Shown here: positions 10,366 to 20,861 of the stretch, one piece after another | Position numbering within the stretch: position 1 is the first letter of the stretch | Layout: every line of letters starts with the position of its first letter | Assembly (NCBI GenBank): GCA_963669175.1 | Contig: OY769902.1 | Span: forward strand, 256,001 to 320,000 | Source of the DNA: a bacterium | GTDB lineage: Bacteria; Electryoneota; Electryoneia; Electryoneales; Electryoneaceae | Length of the DNA stretch: 64,000 nt | Direction of reading: 5' to 3' | The notes under the pieces: generated by a model | What the model saw: the letters and a program-made list of their open reading frames with translations, nothing else | Database searches by the model: none | What the model was told of the DNA's origin: nothing | Translations under genes and position numbers: made by a program

Positions 10366-11604
10366 ATGAAAAGAGCGTTCCTGTTGTTGTTTGCGTTGGT
10401 AGTTCTTCCTGGTATTCTTCTAGCCGAGATTCCTTTAACAGACCAGGTTTCGATTGATGGAACCATACGCTACCGTTCGGAAATTGACGGTAAGGATTTC
10501 AATGCTGACACAGGCATGAACGAGTTCGGCACCCTGCGCACCCAGATTGGTATCCGTATTGTTCCCAACGACATGCTTTTCCTCTATGCAAAGTTCAAGG
10601 AAGCCAGATCATGGGGCAACCAGGGCGTAAACAAGGCGGCCACGACAAATTTTTACGCTGAGCAGGCCTACCTTGAGACGAATGGACTGGCTGGTTCTGA
10701 CCTGCATTTACGTGTTGGACGCTATCCCCTGGCGTTTGGCCGCAGCAGAATCATCGGTTCAGCGAACTTTAATGTTTACGGGCCTCGCACCTATGACGCC
10801 ATCGGTATCCTGTCCGGTGGTGAAGGGCTCAAGTGGGAATTCCACTATTCGAAATCTTCTCCAAACACAGATCCGGGCGAGAACGGCGATCGCGACCTGC
10901 ACCTGTTCCTTTCACGTGTGCAATTGATGGACGGCATGCTGGAACCCTTGTTCTGGGTGTATTATGATCCTCGTGTACTTGATCCTGGATATGTTGGTGG
11001 CACATATGAAAAGGCTGATCTGTGGTTGACTCCGGGCGTATACTTCAACAAGAAATTTGGCGCCATTGCCCTTAAAGCCGACCTGGCTGGACAATTTGGT
11101 ACGTACCATGACCGCGACCTGTCCGGTTATTTATTGGCCGCCGATGCGTTCTATTCCATTGATCATTCAATTCGTCCGACTATTGGTGTTGGTCTTGATT
11201 ACACAACCGGAACCTCTGCGGATGACATTGCAGAAAAAAAGGATCACACGATCCGTATCCCCTACATGTCACGCCATACCTATCGTGGCTTCATGGACTT
11301 CTTCAAGGACGTCGATGAGGGGATGATGTCGCTGTTGCTGCACTTTGAGTGCTACCCGATGGCGAAGCTTCGTATGAATGTGGATGTCCACAACTTTGCC
11401 TATGTTGTGGAGCAAACGTCCGTCAAGGATGCGACCAAGGATTACACTCAGATGGGTCAGGAAGTGGATATCCGTTTCCGCTTCCCTGTTGTTGATGGAC
11501 TTGGTATTGATGCGGCGCACTGCATTTTCATGCCCTCGGAAGATTACAAACTGGATGCGGACATGGCGCATTATACCTATATCGCACTGACAGCAAAGTT
11601 CTGA
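10366..11604 (+). CDS. Alginate export (AlgE)-family outer-membrane beta-barrel
   Basis: Signal peptide, IRYRSE start of barrel, LRVGR..LAFG...IIG, DYTTG, H.Y.GFMDFF, MGQEVD and C-terminal Phe (TAKF). Confidence 0.72.
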   Translation: MKRAFLLLFALVVLPGILLAEIPLTDQVSIDGTIRYRSEIDGKDFNADTGMNEFGTLRTQIGIRIVPNDMLFLYAKFKEARSWGNQGVNKAATTNFYAEQAYLETNGLAGSDLHLRVGRYPLAFGRSRIIGSANFNVYGPRTYDAIGILSGGEGLKWEFHYSKSSPNTDPGENGDRDLHLFLSRVQLMDGMLEPLFWVYYDPRVLDPGYVGGTYEKADLWLTPGVYFNKKFGAIALKADLAGQFGTYHDRDLSGYLLAADAFYSIDHSIRPTIGVGLDYTTGTSADDIAEKKDHTIRIPYMSRHTYRGFMDFFKDVDEGMMSLLLHFECYPMAKLRMNVDVHNFAYVVEQTSVKDATKDYTQMGQEVDIRFRFPVVDGLGIDAAHCIFMPSEDYKLDADMAHYTYIALTAKF

Positions 11605-11628
11605 TCCGAAGATTGGTTGGATTATTCT

Positions 11629-11661
11629 ACCCCCTGTGTCTTTGTGATGCAGGGGGTTTTT
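11629..11661 (+). terminator. Intrinsic terminator
   Basis: ACCCCCTGTGTC...GATGCAGGGGGT followed by TTTT, 25 nt after the stop. Confidence 0.7.
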
Positions 11662-11749
11662 ACGGATGTTCAGTTTTCAAGGTTACACATGACAAGTGAA
11701 TGGGTAATTGCTACCAGTCGTAATGACAGGAAAAGGTGCCTGGTTGTTG

Positions 11750-11841
11750 TGCGATCCCTTCAGGATCGAAAGGGGTGGTGGAATCTTGTGTTCCCGGCGC
11801 TGACGAGCCGCGCTATTCAAGTGTCACCTCTTCGAGGTGGC
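11750..11841. repeat. REP-like palindrome cluster
   Basis: CGATCC-cttca-GGATCG and CACCTC-ttc-GAGGTG hairpins flanking a GC-rich core. Confidence 0.45.
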
Positions 11842-11943
11842 TTGCTCCAAAACGTGAGTCGATACCGAATACAAAACCATCTACTTCACAACGGAATGTT
11901 TCACAATGGACTACTTCATAACGGACTGCTTCACATTAGACTA

Positions 11944-12263
11944 TAGCTGTTCTCGATTTTATTCCGACATAATAAAGATTGCCGGGAAAAGGGGACGGGA
12001 TCCTTTTCCTCGCGCGCATATGAAACACTCTCGCCGAACTTGTGGAAAAGGAAACTGTACCCTTTTCCGTGTACGTCCTGCCTGCTCTCAAGAAAAAGGG
12101 TACAGCCACCTTTCCCGGTCCTTGCTCATAGCGGGAAGGCTTTGCCCCAGGGAAAGGAAACTGTCCCCTTTTTCCATATCCTTATCCTTTATTCCAACCA
12201 TATGGTTGACCTTTCACTGATCTGGCACATGACCACATGACGGAATAATAATGGGAATCGCTA
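11944..12263. mobile_element. MITE family A, copy 1 (TA target duplication, IS630/Tc1-like)
   Basis: Imperfect TIRs TAGCTGTTCTCGATTTTATTCCGACAT / ATGACGGAATAATAATGGGAATCGCTA flanked by TA on both sides; second copy at 16526. Confidence 0.75.
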
Positions 12264-12275
12264 TACTTCACATTA

Positions 12276-12760
12276 GCCCGGACTTTCATATGTAATCCTT
12301 GATGGAAATGCCAAAACAAGAATTCTTGATGGGAAGGGTAGGAGAAGAACCACGGCAGTGGTTCTCTGTATTAGCCCACCGTCCAGCGCCGTCTGTTTGG
12401 CGCTCACGGTGGGAATAGGATGAACACTACTTGCCAACCCCGGCAGCGGGTTGCCTAAATATTACCACTGTATACTTATGATATATATTAGGTTACTCCT
12501 TCCGGAGTAAATATATGGTGCGCATTATCTCCCCGGGTAGCCGCCACACTGACGGCGGCAACCCGGGGCTAATACAGGTTGCCCCTGCCGGGGCGGTTGC
12601 CGATACTCACCCTCATTTTACCAGCGAAACAGGGAATAGACAAGAAAAGGGATACCGGCGCAAACTGTACCCTGAAAAATGCTGTATGAATCAGTTGTAA
12701 TGTGTTGATATGAACTGTGTTAAGATGATCATCCATGTTTCATTCATGAAATATTCGGGT
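12276..12760. mobile_element. MITE family B, copy 1
   Basis: TIRs GCCCGGACTTTCA / TGAAATATTCGGGT, TA-flanked; highly similar inverted copy at 35714-36184. Confidence 0.78.
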
Positions 12761-12867
12761 TAGACTGCCCCACATTAGACTGCTCCTGTTTGCTTGCCAA
12801 ACAGGGGTAAATAGTAAACAACAAATGGTGTTGTATTGTTATTCGGACACTTACGAACCACACCACC

Positions 12868-12905
12868 AAAAAACTGTCCCTTTACCAAGCTGGTAAAGGG
12901 ACAGC
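12868..12905 (-). terminator. Intrinsic terminator of the MCP gene
   Basis: CTGTCCCTTTACCA-agc-TGGTAAAGGGACAG with an adjacent A-run (U-tract on the minus strand). Confidence 0.8.
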
Positions 12906-12962
12906 AGATAATGTTGGATTAACAATCACCATGGTGACCTGTAGGATCACCACAATCATTCT

Positions 12963-15350
12963 TTAGAAGGAAGCGAAATCATCATCGTCCAGATTGATGA
13001 CATCTTCCGGTTTTACCTGAACATTGGCATTGGGCGCTGATTCCAACTGCCTTCGCGCCGGTGCAGCCTTCTTCTGTTTTGGCGCTTCCAGCCTGCGTTG
13101 TCCTCCACCAGCTCTGTCGTTCGTGAGCTTAAACTGCCGAATAACTTCGTTCAGGTGCTGTGCCTGGCTGGAAAGCTCTTCCGAAGCAGCGGCAGATTCC
13201 TCAGCGTTTGAGGTGTTCGCCTGGGTAACCTGTTCGATCTGGGTCAGGGACTGGTTAATCTGACCGACGCCTTGAGCCTGGTCACGGCTGGCATCTGCGA
13301 TCTCCTTGGCCAGGTCGGATACCTTGGCGATGCCATCAACGATTTCGGACAGGGCAGTATCTGTCTGACTGGCGATCTCGCTACCCGTATTGACACTCGA
13401 CAGGTTGCTTTCGATCATGACAGTGGTCTCTTTGGCGGCAACAGCAGAGCGTTGTGCCAGGTTCCGTACTTCCTCGGCGACCACGGCAAAGCCCTTGCCA
13501 TGCACACCGGCACGAGCCGCTTCTACCGCAGCATTCAGGGCCAGCAGGTTGGTCTGGAAAGCGATCTCGTCGATCACCTTGATAATCTTTTTGACTTCGT
13601 TGGACTTGGACGTAATCTCATCCATGGCGGAAAGCATTTCTTTCATGCGTTCCGTACCAACCTTGGCGGCATCGCGAGCATTCGATGTAATGTTAAATGC
13701 TTCCGTGGCGCTATCCGCATTATGATCCGACTGGCTGGCTACTTCTGTCATGGCGGAGCTGATTTCTTCCAGGCTGGAGGCCTGTTCGGTAGCGCCCTGG
13801 CTCAAAGACTGGCTTGCTCCGGCAACCTGTTCGGCGCCACTGTGAACCTGTTCAACCGAATTACGAACCTGTACCAGGGTATAATTCAGTGATTCTACAG
13901 TACTGTTAAGGGACTTTTTGATTTTCGCATGATCGCCTTTGAAGTCACCCTCCATCTTCTTGCGAAGATCACCCTCTGCCATCGAACTGAGCACTTCCGC
14001 CGCTTCGTTAACCGGTTTGATCACGGCATCCAGTATTGAGTTGATTCCACTGATAATTTCAGCAAATTCACCATGATGACGCTCTGCTTCGGCACGCTTG
14101 TTCAATTCACCGTTCAACGCCGACTGAATCAATCCCTTGATATCCTCTGTCACCCTGAGCAGATTGTCACGAAGCTTGTCCATGATCTCGTTGGCAATAA
14201 TCTGCTTGCCGGGCATCTTCTTCAGTTTTTCAGAGAAATCACCGTCGGCGTATTTTCCAACCAAACCCAGGAATAATAAGATGCTGTCAATATGCAACTT
14301 GACCGCCATATTATACCCATCTGTGACCTGTGCAAAAGCGCCTTCAAACTTATTTGTATCAATGAAGTACTCAATGTCACCGGCCTTTTGATTCTCGTAC
14401 ATCTTCTGCATGGCGTTGATCACATCGTCCAATGTTTCCTTCATGGACGCCATGCTCTTGCCAAGTGAATCCTGTTGTGACGCCAGTGACACATCCACAC
14501 TCAGGTTCCCTTTGGCAATCTCGTTTGCAATCTGGGTCTTCTTCGCAAGGTACTCTACCATGTTACTGAATGCGGCAACGGTCTCACCCAATTCGTCCGA
14601 TCTTCGCTTCATGGATTCAAACTTGGCGTATTTGTCGGCATCAACATCTATTTCACCAACGGAGAAGAGCTTAGCTCCCTCGGTAATGAGACGAATCGGT
14701 CCAACTATGTTGTTCGTGAGCAAAAGGGAAGCGATGATTGTACCAAGGACACCAATAATGATCAGAACAATGATCAATGCGCTCGATTTACCATAAGCGG
14801 AGTTTGCTTCTTTTTGTGCTTCATGAGCATAATTCAGGCTGATTTCTGTCAGGCCATCGAGCACATCACGCATCTGTTCGAAAGCAGCCTTCCCCTGGTT
14901 CATGGAAAGGGCCAGCAATTCCGCACGTTTGGCGTCATCAGCAGTAGCAAGCTCAGTTGTGATCTTTCTCGTAATAGGTAACCAGGTTTGCCGTGCGCGG
15001 TCATAATCATCGAAGAAGGCTTCTTCTTCAGGAGTGTCTGCCAGTTTCTTGTAGCTTTGCCAACGTGTCTCAGATTGTTCCAGGTTTTCCTGGTGTTCAG
15101 ACAGGAAATCTCTGAAAGCCTGTGTGTTGGGTTCCATCAGGAGTAGCGATCGTTCTGCGACCAGGAGTTGCTGTAAATCTCGATCCGCTTCAATCAGGAA
15201 ATCCATCGCAGGCAAACGAACTTCGCCTACTTCTTCCAGTCGGTTGTGGAATATCCTCATCCCCGAATATCCCGACACTCCCACCAGAACCAGAAGCAGA
15301 AGCAGAACACCGAAGACCATCATCAGCTTGGAACGAATACTCAATCGCAT
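12963..15350 (-). CDS. Methyl-accepting chemotaxis protein (4-helix-bundle sensor, multiple HAMP domains)
   Basis: Two TM helices, HAMP motifs (DELG), signalling hairpin [35 protein letters not shown], and C-terminal CheR-tether-like pentapeptide DFASF. Confidence 0.95.
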   Translation of the reverse strand: MRLSIRSKLMMVFGVLLLLLVLVGVSGYSGMRIFHNRLEEVGEVRLPAMDFLIEADRDLQQLLVAERSLLLMEPNTQAFRDFLSEHQENLEQSETRWQSYKKLADTPEEEAFFDDYDRARQTWLPITRKITTELATADDAKRAELLALSMNQGKAAFEQMRDVLDGLTEISLNYAHEAQKEANSAYGKSSALIIVLIIIGVLGTIIASLLLTNNIVGPIRLITEGAKLFSVGEIDVDADKYAKFESMKRRSDELGETVAAFSNMVEYLAKKTQIANEIAKGNLSVDVSLASQQDSLGKSMASMKETLDDVINAMQKMYENQKAGDIEYFIDTNKFEGAFAQVTDGYNMAVKLHIDSILLFLGLVGKYADGDFSEKLKKMPGKQIIANEIMDKLRDNLLRVTEDIKGLIQSALNGELNKRAEAERHHGEFAEIISGINSILDAVIKPVNEAAEVLSSMAEGDLRKKMEGDFKGDHAKIKKSLNSTVESLNYTLVQVRNSVEQVHSGAEQVAGASQSLSQGATEQASSLEEISSAMTEVASQSDHNADSATEAFNITSNARDAAKVGTERMKEMLSAMDEITSKSNEVKKIIKVIDEIAFQTNLLALNAAVEAARAGVHGKGFAVVAEEVRNLAQRSAVAAKETTVMIESNLSSVNTGSEIASQTDTALSEIVDGIAKVSDLAKEIADASRDQAQGVGQINQSLTQIEQVTQANTSNAEESAAASEELSSQAQHLNEVIRQFKLTNDRAGGGQRRLEAPKQKKAAPARRQLESAPNANVQVKPEDVINLDDDDFASF

Positions 15351-15765
15351 AAGCTTGCCCCACCTTTCTACGTGTTATCAGAACTTTGCCTCTGTGTCCA
15401 CAGCAAAACCACCTTGATTCGCATGGCGTCTACCGATTCAGAAAACAGCGCCTGGTTATTACAAAGGGGAGTGTATTGATGTATTTATAAGGGAAATCAG
15501 AAGCTGATACAGGTGTAATATCTATCAGCACTGGCAGGATATTCCAGCATACTTCGAGGTGGTATCTAAGAATTTGGTATTTCAACCAAAACAATATATA
15601 AAATATTACAAGAAAGGTACACCCTGTCAGTATAATTTCTTCGCAGTGGAGACAATCATTCTCATCATATATCAACGGCTACATAAAACCGACATAAAAT
15701 CTGATTTGCAAATTTATAGGTGTCCCCGAAGGTTTTCTGCTGAATCGATAGTTATCAGCCTGCTT

Positions 15766-16365
15766 CAGCAGGCTCTTTTTAGCACCTGGCTTCAGCCGGG
15801 GTGTTCGTGGTGTTAAAGAAGTGGTGAGCGCCCTTCAGGGTGCTTTCCGGAATCAGGATTTATACCCGACAAGCACGCTAAAGCGCGCTCAGGATGTTTA
15901 TTGGCATCTTTTCACCCCGGCTTCAGCCCTGTCTCTTACTAACATCTTCGTGTTTCTGCCACCCCGTGGGGGTGGGATATTTTAGCGTAGGGTAGGCGCT
16001 GTCTGTTTAGCGCCTACCCTACGAAAAAGATCAAACCTCATATCAACCCTGAAAGGGTTGCATAAAGTATAATTGATACCCAATTGATTTATAAAGGATA
16101 TAAATTACATTATTACCTGCAATAATTGAATAAACTAATATTGACTGCTCATTATGCAACCCTTCCAGGGTTGATTGTTCGTTAGAAATCCTGACATAGT
16201 GTACAGGCCAAACAGACGGCCTGTACACTATGCTAAAATAGGGAATCCCGCCGGGATTCTAAAAATGCGATGTCCACAATCCTTTTGCTGATAAAGCTTT
16301 CAGAGGATGTGGGTAAGAGACAGGGCTGAAGCCGGGTGCTAAGAAGAGCAGGCTAAAGCCTGCTA
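15766..16365. repeat. REP/BIME-like palindromic element disrupted by MITE C
   Basis: Left arm GGCTCTTTTTAGCACCTGGCTTCAGCCGGGGTG is mirrored by the right arm CACCCCGGCT...AGCCGGGTGCTAAGAAGAGC. Confidence 0.6.
15929..16323. mobile_element. MITE family C with IS50/Tn5-like ends
   Basis: TIRs CTGTCTCTTACTAACATC / GATGTGGGTAAGAGACAG resemble IS50 ends (Tn5 mosaic end CTGTCTCTTATACACATCT); 10-bp flanks GGCTTCAGCC / GGCTGAAGCC. Confidence 0.72.
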
Positions 16366-16525
16366 AAACAACTCGGGCTTGTTTTTTATTGCAAAATTTT
16401 CCACTTCTATATCGATGAAGCGCCTTTTCAAGACTGGTTGTGTCGATGCCAGGTTTGTGATGCGGCTTGTTGTCCGTTTTTTTAGAGTCAAGGGTGTACT
16501 GCTGTACCGCTGGTGTGCCGTTTTA

Positions 16526-16732
16526 TAGCTGTTCGCGATTTTATTCCGTCATAACAGAGATTGCCGGGAAAAGGGGACGGGATCCTTTTCCTCGCATTAT
16601 AAACTGAACTCTATCGCTTCGCTTTTGGAAAAGGAAACTGTCCCCTTTTCCCATCTCTTTTTCCAACTATATAGTTGATCTTTCGCCGATATAGAACCTG
16701 ACCATGTGACGGATTAGTAATGGGAATCGCTA
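16526..16732. mobile_element. MITE family A, copy 2 (internally shortened)
   Basis: Same ends as 11944-12263 (TAGCTGTTCGCGATTTTATTCCGTCAT ... GGGAATCGCTA), TA-flanked, with only two internal palindromes. Confidence 0.75.
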
Positions 16733-16836
16733 TATTATTTACCACAACTTTCACTCGCCATTCATCCCCAGCGATCACCTCAGTATTTCTCCTGCTTGGA
16801 TGCGACAATACTTTCGATACTCATTATATTTGAACC

Positions 16837-16885
16837 AAAAGGCAGCCCCCAGGTCGTGGTTGGTGGCGGCTGGACCTGGGGGCTG
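16837..16885 (-). terminator. Terminator-like hairpin of the TBDR gene
   Basis: CAGCCCCCAGGTC ... GACCTGGGGGCTG 13-bp stem with adjacent AAAA. Confidence 0.6.
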
Positions 16886-16930
16886 ACGCGGCTTGTGGGA
16901 GATCCACAAGGAGGTTTGTACTATGAGATG

Positions 16931-19369
16931 CTAGAACTCGACACGTACTCCTCCGTAGAGGATGCGTCCATACACGGGGGCATAAAAGAAGGCCGCATCA
17001 TCCACATGTTTTTCCGGTTGTACGTAATCGCCGAGGTTGCGCGCGCCTACATACAAACGGTAGTGTTCTGCGTATCTGTAGGATATCTGGGTGTTCAACA
17101 GAACGTAGGAATCAGTCTCGAAAACTTTACTTCCCGCATTAGCATTGTCACCATCGGCGTAATAGTCGATGAACATCGCCCCGGTATACCGCGCATCCAG
17201 TGTGGTTTCCCAGTTCCCCGGATTCCAGTCAAAGCGGATACCCCCGGCCAGGTTCGGATAACGGCTGATGTTCTTGCTGTCATCCTCATAAATTGTGCCT
17301 GCCCAGTCATCACGGATATCATCGTATTCCCCCTGGAACACGGATACATCGGCTGAGACCTGGAAACGCCTGGTAATCGGAACGCGAGCATTTATATCGA
17401 CGCCAAGAACTGTGGCCGCATCGATATTCTCATATTCGTAGTCATATCCCTTGGAACGTGCTTCATCACTGGCGCCGGCAATACCGACTGCGTTTTCCAG
17501 GCGGGTATAATAGGCGCTGACACCGGCGGAAAGCAGTGAACCTGTGTAGTCTGCGCTGACGTTCACACTTTGTGACGTTTCCGGTTCAAGATCCGCGCTC
17601 TTCCAGACACGCGGTGAACCGGAGCAGAGATGCAAATCTTCAGAAAAACCGTACGGCACCTTGAAACCTGTACCGTAGGTGGCACGGAATACCCAGTCAA
17701 ACCGTGGCGCCCATTTCAACGCCACGCGTGGACTGAAACTGGTTTCATCATATTTTGACGCCTCAAACACTTCTGCAAAGGCAGCGTCTTCAGCACTGAA
17801 CTCATCCTCGGAGCTGTGCATATCCGAACGTACCCCTGCGACCAGTTCCCACTGGGAGGACATGCGCCATTCGTCCTGCAGGTAAACGCCAAAATCGTTC
17901 GCATGCTTTTTCGACACCGAAGTATAATCCTGCCCGTACAACTCGTCATCTTCATCCACGATCACATACCGTCCCGATTCTTCCAACTTGTCATAGGAAT
18001 ACTGAGCGCCCAGGGTAAGATTGTGGGCCTTGATCTGTCGGGTATAGTTCAGGCTGGTCAGGAACATGTTCTCATCTGCCATGTAAGGCCGTAATGCGGA
18101 CACTTCAGGCATATCACCTTCGTGGGTGTCCATGTAATCACCCAGGTAAGTGTCGTTTGTGGCATTACGTTTATGCTGAACCGCGGTAAACTGAATATCA
18201 AAACCGTCAACATCCGTGAATTGCGTACGATAACCGAGGGTTCCGGAAATACGGTCAGTCGTGATGTGTTCCGTGCCTTCCGTATAGGGATTCAGATAAG
18301 AATCACCCGTCATCTCGCCGCCTTTGCGGACTTCATTCAAGTAGCGGAACCGGACGAATACTTCATCGTTCACCTTGAACAGATTGCTGTGGAAGGCGTT
18401 AATACCAATGTTTCGCGCATCGGATTCCACACGGTCCGTGACACCGTCGCCTTCATAAACCTCATCACGATCAAAGCCGTCACGAGTCTTATCGATAGCA
18501 TCTTCCTTATTCAACTGGGCAAAGACATGCAAGGCGGAGTTTTCGCGCACCATTTCCGCGGAAGCGTCGTACTGCTTGGTGCCAAACGATCCCATTTCGA
18601 CTCCGGCCTTGATGCGGTTACGAGTGGGACGTGCGGTGATGATGTTGACCGCACCGGCAATGGCGTTGGACCCGTACAAAGCAGACCCGGCGCCCTTGAC
18701 TACTTCAATACGATCCACTTCAGCCGTCGAGAATTGCTGCAAACCATACACGGAAGCGAGCCCGGAATACACCGGTTGGCCATCCATCAGGATCTGCGTA
18801 TGATCCGAACCGAGCCCGTTGACACGAATCTGGGTGAAGTTACAGGCCTGGCATTGCTGCTCAACCCTTACCCCAGCAGTCGTTTCAAGCGCTTCATACA
18901 GGTTGGAAGCAGACCGCATTTCCAAGTCACGCGAGGTGATAACATCCGTACGAACCGGGGCGTCCTTGGTGAATCGATGGGTACGTGTTCCGGTAACAAC
19001 CACCGGACTCAATTCAAATGGGGATGCGACAAGCTTAATATCTAATGTCTGGGTTGGTGAAGAAGCCAGGTCAACCTCTACCACTTCGCTGCGATAGCCC
19101 ATAAAGCTGACAATCACACGCTTCTTTTCACTCGGCAACTGAACCAGGCTGAACTGACCGTCCAGATCAGTCGAGGTCCCCAGTTGAGTTCCTTCCACAA
19201 GAATGTTCACACCGGGAATCGGCTCCCCGGTCTCATCATCCACTACCTGCCCTTCGATCATGCAGTTGCTTGCGCCAAAGACTGTCGCGCAAAGGAATAA
19301 ATTCACAAACAGCAATAGCAAAACATGCTTGCCAACTTCACCTCTCCCCCTGAAAGAAAGGTATCGCAT
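16931..19369 (-). CDS. TonB-dependent receptor with N-terminal carboxypeptidase-regulatory-like domain
   Basis: GQVVD.ETGEPIPGVNI, VVVTGTRT, plug motif RIEVVKGAGSALYGSNAIAGAVNIIT, CQAC in the plug, C-terminal GVRVEF. Start ATG 19369 after AAGGAGG. Confidence 0.92.
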   Translation of the reverse strand: MRYLSFRGRGEVGKHVLLLLFVNLFLCATVFGASNCMIEGQVVDDETGEPIPGVNILVEGTQLGTSTDLDGQFSLVQLPSEKKRVIVSFMGYRSEVVEVDLASSPTQTLDIKLVASPFELSPVVVTGTRTHRFTKDAPVRTDVITSRDLEMRSASNLYEALETTAGVRVEQQCQACNFTQIRVNGLGSDHTQILMDGQPVYSGLASVYGLQQFSTAEVDRIEVVKGAGSALYGSNAIAGAVNIITARPTRNRIKAGVEMGSFGTKQYDASAEMVRENSALHVFAQLNKEDAIDKTRDGFDRDEVYEGDGVTDRVESDARNIGINAFHSNLFKVNDEVFVRFRYLNEVRKGGEMTGDSYLNPYTEGTEHITTDRISGTLGYRTQFTDVDGFDIQFTAVQHKRNATNDTYLGDYMDTHEGDMPEVSALRPYMADENMFLTSLNYTRQIKAHNLTLGAQYSYDKLEESGRYVIVDEDDELYGQDYTSVSKKHANDFGVYLQDEWRMSSQWELVAGVRSDMHSSEDEFSAEDAAFAEVFEASKYDETSFSPRVALKWAPRFDWVFRATYGTGFKVPYGFSEDLHLCSGSPRVWKSADLEPETSQSVNVSADYTGSLLSAGVSAYYTRLENAVGIAGASDEARSKGYDYEYENIDAATVLGVDINARVPITRRFQVSADVSVFQGEYDDIRDDWAGTIYEDDSKNISRYPNLAGGIRFDWNPGNWETTLDARYTGAMFIDYYADGDNANAGSKVFETDSYVLLNTQISYRYAEHYRLYVGARNLGDYVQPEKHVDDAAFFYAPVYGRILYGGVRVEF

Positions 19370-19763
19370 CGTCAACCTCCTTGGAATATCGCTTGTCTGG
19401 TATCGTTCTTCAAGTCGGAAGCAAATGTAGACAAGACTACCAAGATTAAGCAACCCTAACGAGAGTACTCTTTCAGCTTCAACCTCTCGTGGACCACAAT
19501 ACTGATACCCATTACTTATGTCAGTAAACTCAACGATCATCAATTGCAGGCAAACATGTTGCGAAACAGGTAGCTGTCCAGGGATTTCCCGGATACTCTC
19601 GAACAGGAGCGGGCGAAAACACGGGGGTATAGAAACCCGGAACTCACGCTGGGATTGTATTATTTGTTACGCTGGTCGCTGGATATTTTCACGAATATTC
19701 GATACTATACTTCAACCTTTACATATCCACTTAACCCGCACACCGGCAACAAGGGAAAACAGA

Positions 19764-20621
19764 ATGGCGAAAGACACAAAGCATATCTCGTATTTCGGTA
19801 CAATACGGACGTTTATGAAGGTGGGCACATGTTCTGAAGCGTTAATGAATGTACTGGATCGTGAGTATATGCAGCCGCTTGAAGAAGAAGAACATGCGGT
19901 TATGCCGATGGCCGGCGGTATCCTGCAACAGGGGTATCAATGCGGTCAATTGTGGGGCGCTTCACTTGCGGCTGGCGCGGAAGCTTTCAGAAAGTATGGT
20001 CCGGGCCCAAAATCCGAAACGGCAGCGGTGAATGCATCATTTCACCTGGTAAACGTGTTTAAATCGCGTTTCAAGGAAATCGATTGTCTTGAATTGACGG
20101 CTACAGACTGGAAACAATCTTCGGCAATTGTTCGCTATATGTTGAAAGGTGGAACCATCAAGTGTTTCAACATGGCGGCCAAATTCGCCCCTCTTGCTTA
20201 TCGTGCAATAGAAGAATCCCTGGCGGAAGACATCACCGATGTGCCGGACGGACCGGTCAGTTGCGCTGCTATTGTTGCACGTAAACTTGGCGCAACTGAT
20301 CACCAGGCAGCCCTGGTCGCAGGTTTCGCGGGTGGCATTGGCTTGAGTGGAGGTGGATGCGGTGCGCTTGGGGCTACCATCTGGTTGCGTGCTTTGCAAT
20401 TGAGCCAGAATGACGAAAAGAAGCTGGATTACAAAAATCCGGCGCTCCTTGAAACAGTTGACCGTTTCAATAAATGCTCCGATTGCGAGTTCGAATGCTC
20501 TACTATAGCAGGGAAGAAATTCAAGGATGTTCATGATCATATTGCACATGTGAAAAATGGCGGCTGCCGTAAAATCATTGACGTCTTGAGTGAAGATATG
20601 CCTGAGCCTGAATCCAGCTAG
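19764..20621 (+). CDS. C_GCAxxG_C_C family putative redox protein (two tandem domains)
   Basis: Domain 1: CSEA, MAGGI, CGQLWGA, IDC, KC. Domain 2: CAA, FAGGIG, CGALGA, FEC, GC. Start ATG 19764. Confidence 0.8.
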   Translation: MAKDTKHISYFGTIRTFMKVGTCSEALMNVLDREYMQPLEEEEHAVMPMAGGILQQGYQCGQLWGASLAAGAEAFRKYGPGPKSETAAVNASFHLVNVFKSRFKEIDCLELTATDWKQSSAIVRYMLKGGTIKCFNMAAKFAPLAYRAIEESLAEDITDVPDGPVSCAAIVARKLGATDHQAALVAGFAGGIGLSGGGCGALGATIWLRALQLSQNDEKKLDYKNPALLETVDRFNKCSDCEFECSTIAGKKFKDVHDHIAHVKNGGCRKIIDVLSEDMPEPESS

Positions 20622-20732
20622 ATCGGATGTTGCATGCACGAAACAGATCATGAACTCCGAAAAGTATGATAATGTAGCCCAGAACATCTTTTGACGCTTT
20701 ATTCTTTGCCGGAAAATAGCCAAACGAATGAT

Positions 20733-20836
20733 ACTCCGAAGGAGTACGATAAGTGAGCCCAGGGTACGCGTCGTCCGTTTGGCGCGCACCCTGGGTGAGA
20801 AAACAAAACAATCTCAACCCCGAAGCGGGTTGTATA
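20733..20836. repeat. REP-like element
   Basis: ACTCC-gaa-GGAGT, CCCAGGGT..GCGTC-gtccgttt-GGCGC..ACCCTGGG and CAACCC-cgaagc-GGGTTG; same loop type as the hairpins inside MITEs B and C. Confidence 0.6.
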
Positions 20837-20861
20837 AAAAGGCAATCCGAGACAACGATCC

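Larger units (their letters stand above)
11881..12786 (+). repeat. 15-bp tandem repeat (CTRCTTCACAWYRGA) interrupted by two MITEs
   Basis: Units at 11881, 11896, 11911 and 11926, a split unit (11941-11943, 12266-12275, 12763-12764), and a further unit at 12765. Confidence 0.75.

Noticed and set aside
11987-12175. CRISPR array call for the AAAAGG..CCTTTT repeats (also in 26860-31680)
   Set aside because: Repeats are short and degenerate, spacer lengths are irregular, spacers are duplicated between loci, and there is no cas gene or leader.
15351-15480. c-di-GMP riboswitch upstream of the MCP gene
   Set aside because: GGCAAA is present, but the two-hairpin GEMM architecture with tetraloop and receptor is not.
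15929-16323. Nextera/Tn5 adapter contamination
   Set aside because: Both ends differ from the mosaic end at several positions, face each other as TIRs and sit within a coherent split palindrome.
19764-20621. Selenoprotein recoding in the C_GCAxxG_C_C gene
   Set aside because: The frame is open with Cys codons at the motif positions; no in-frame TGA needs recoding.
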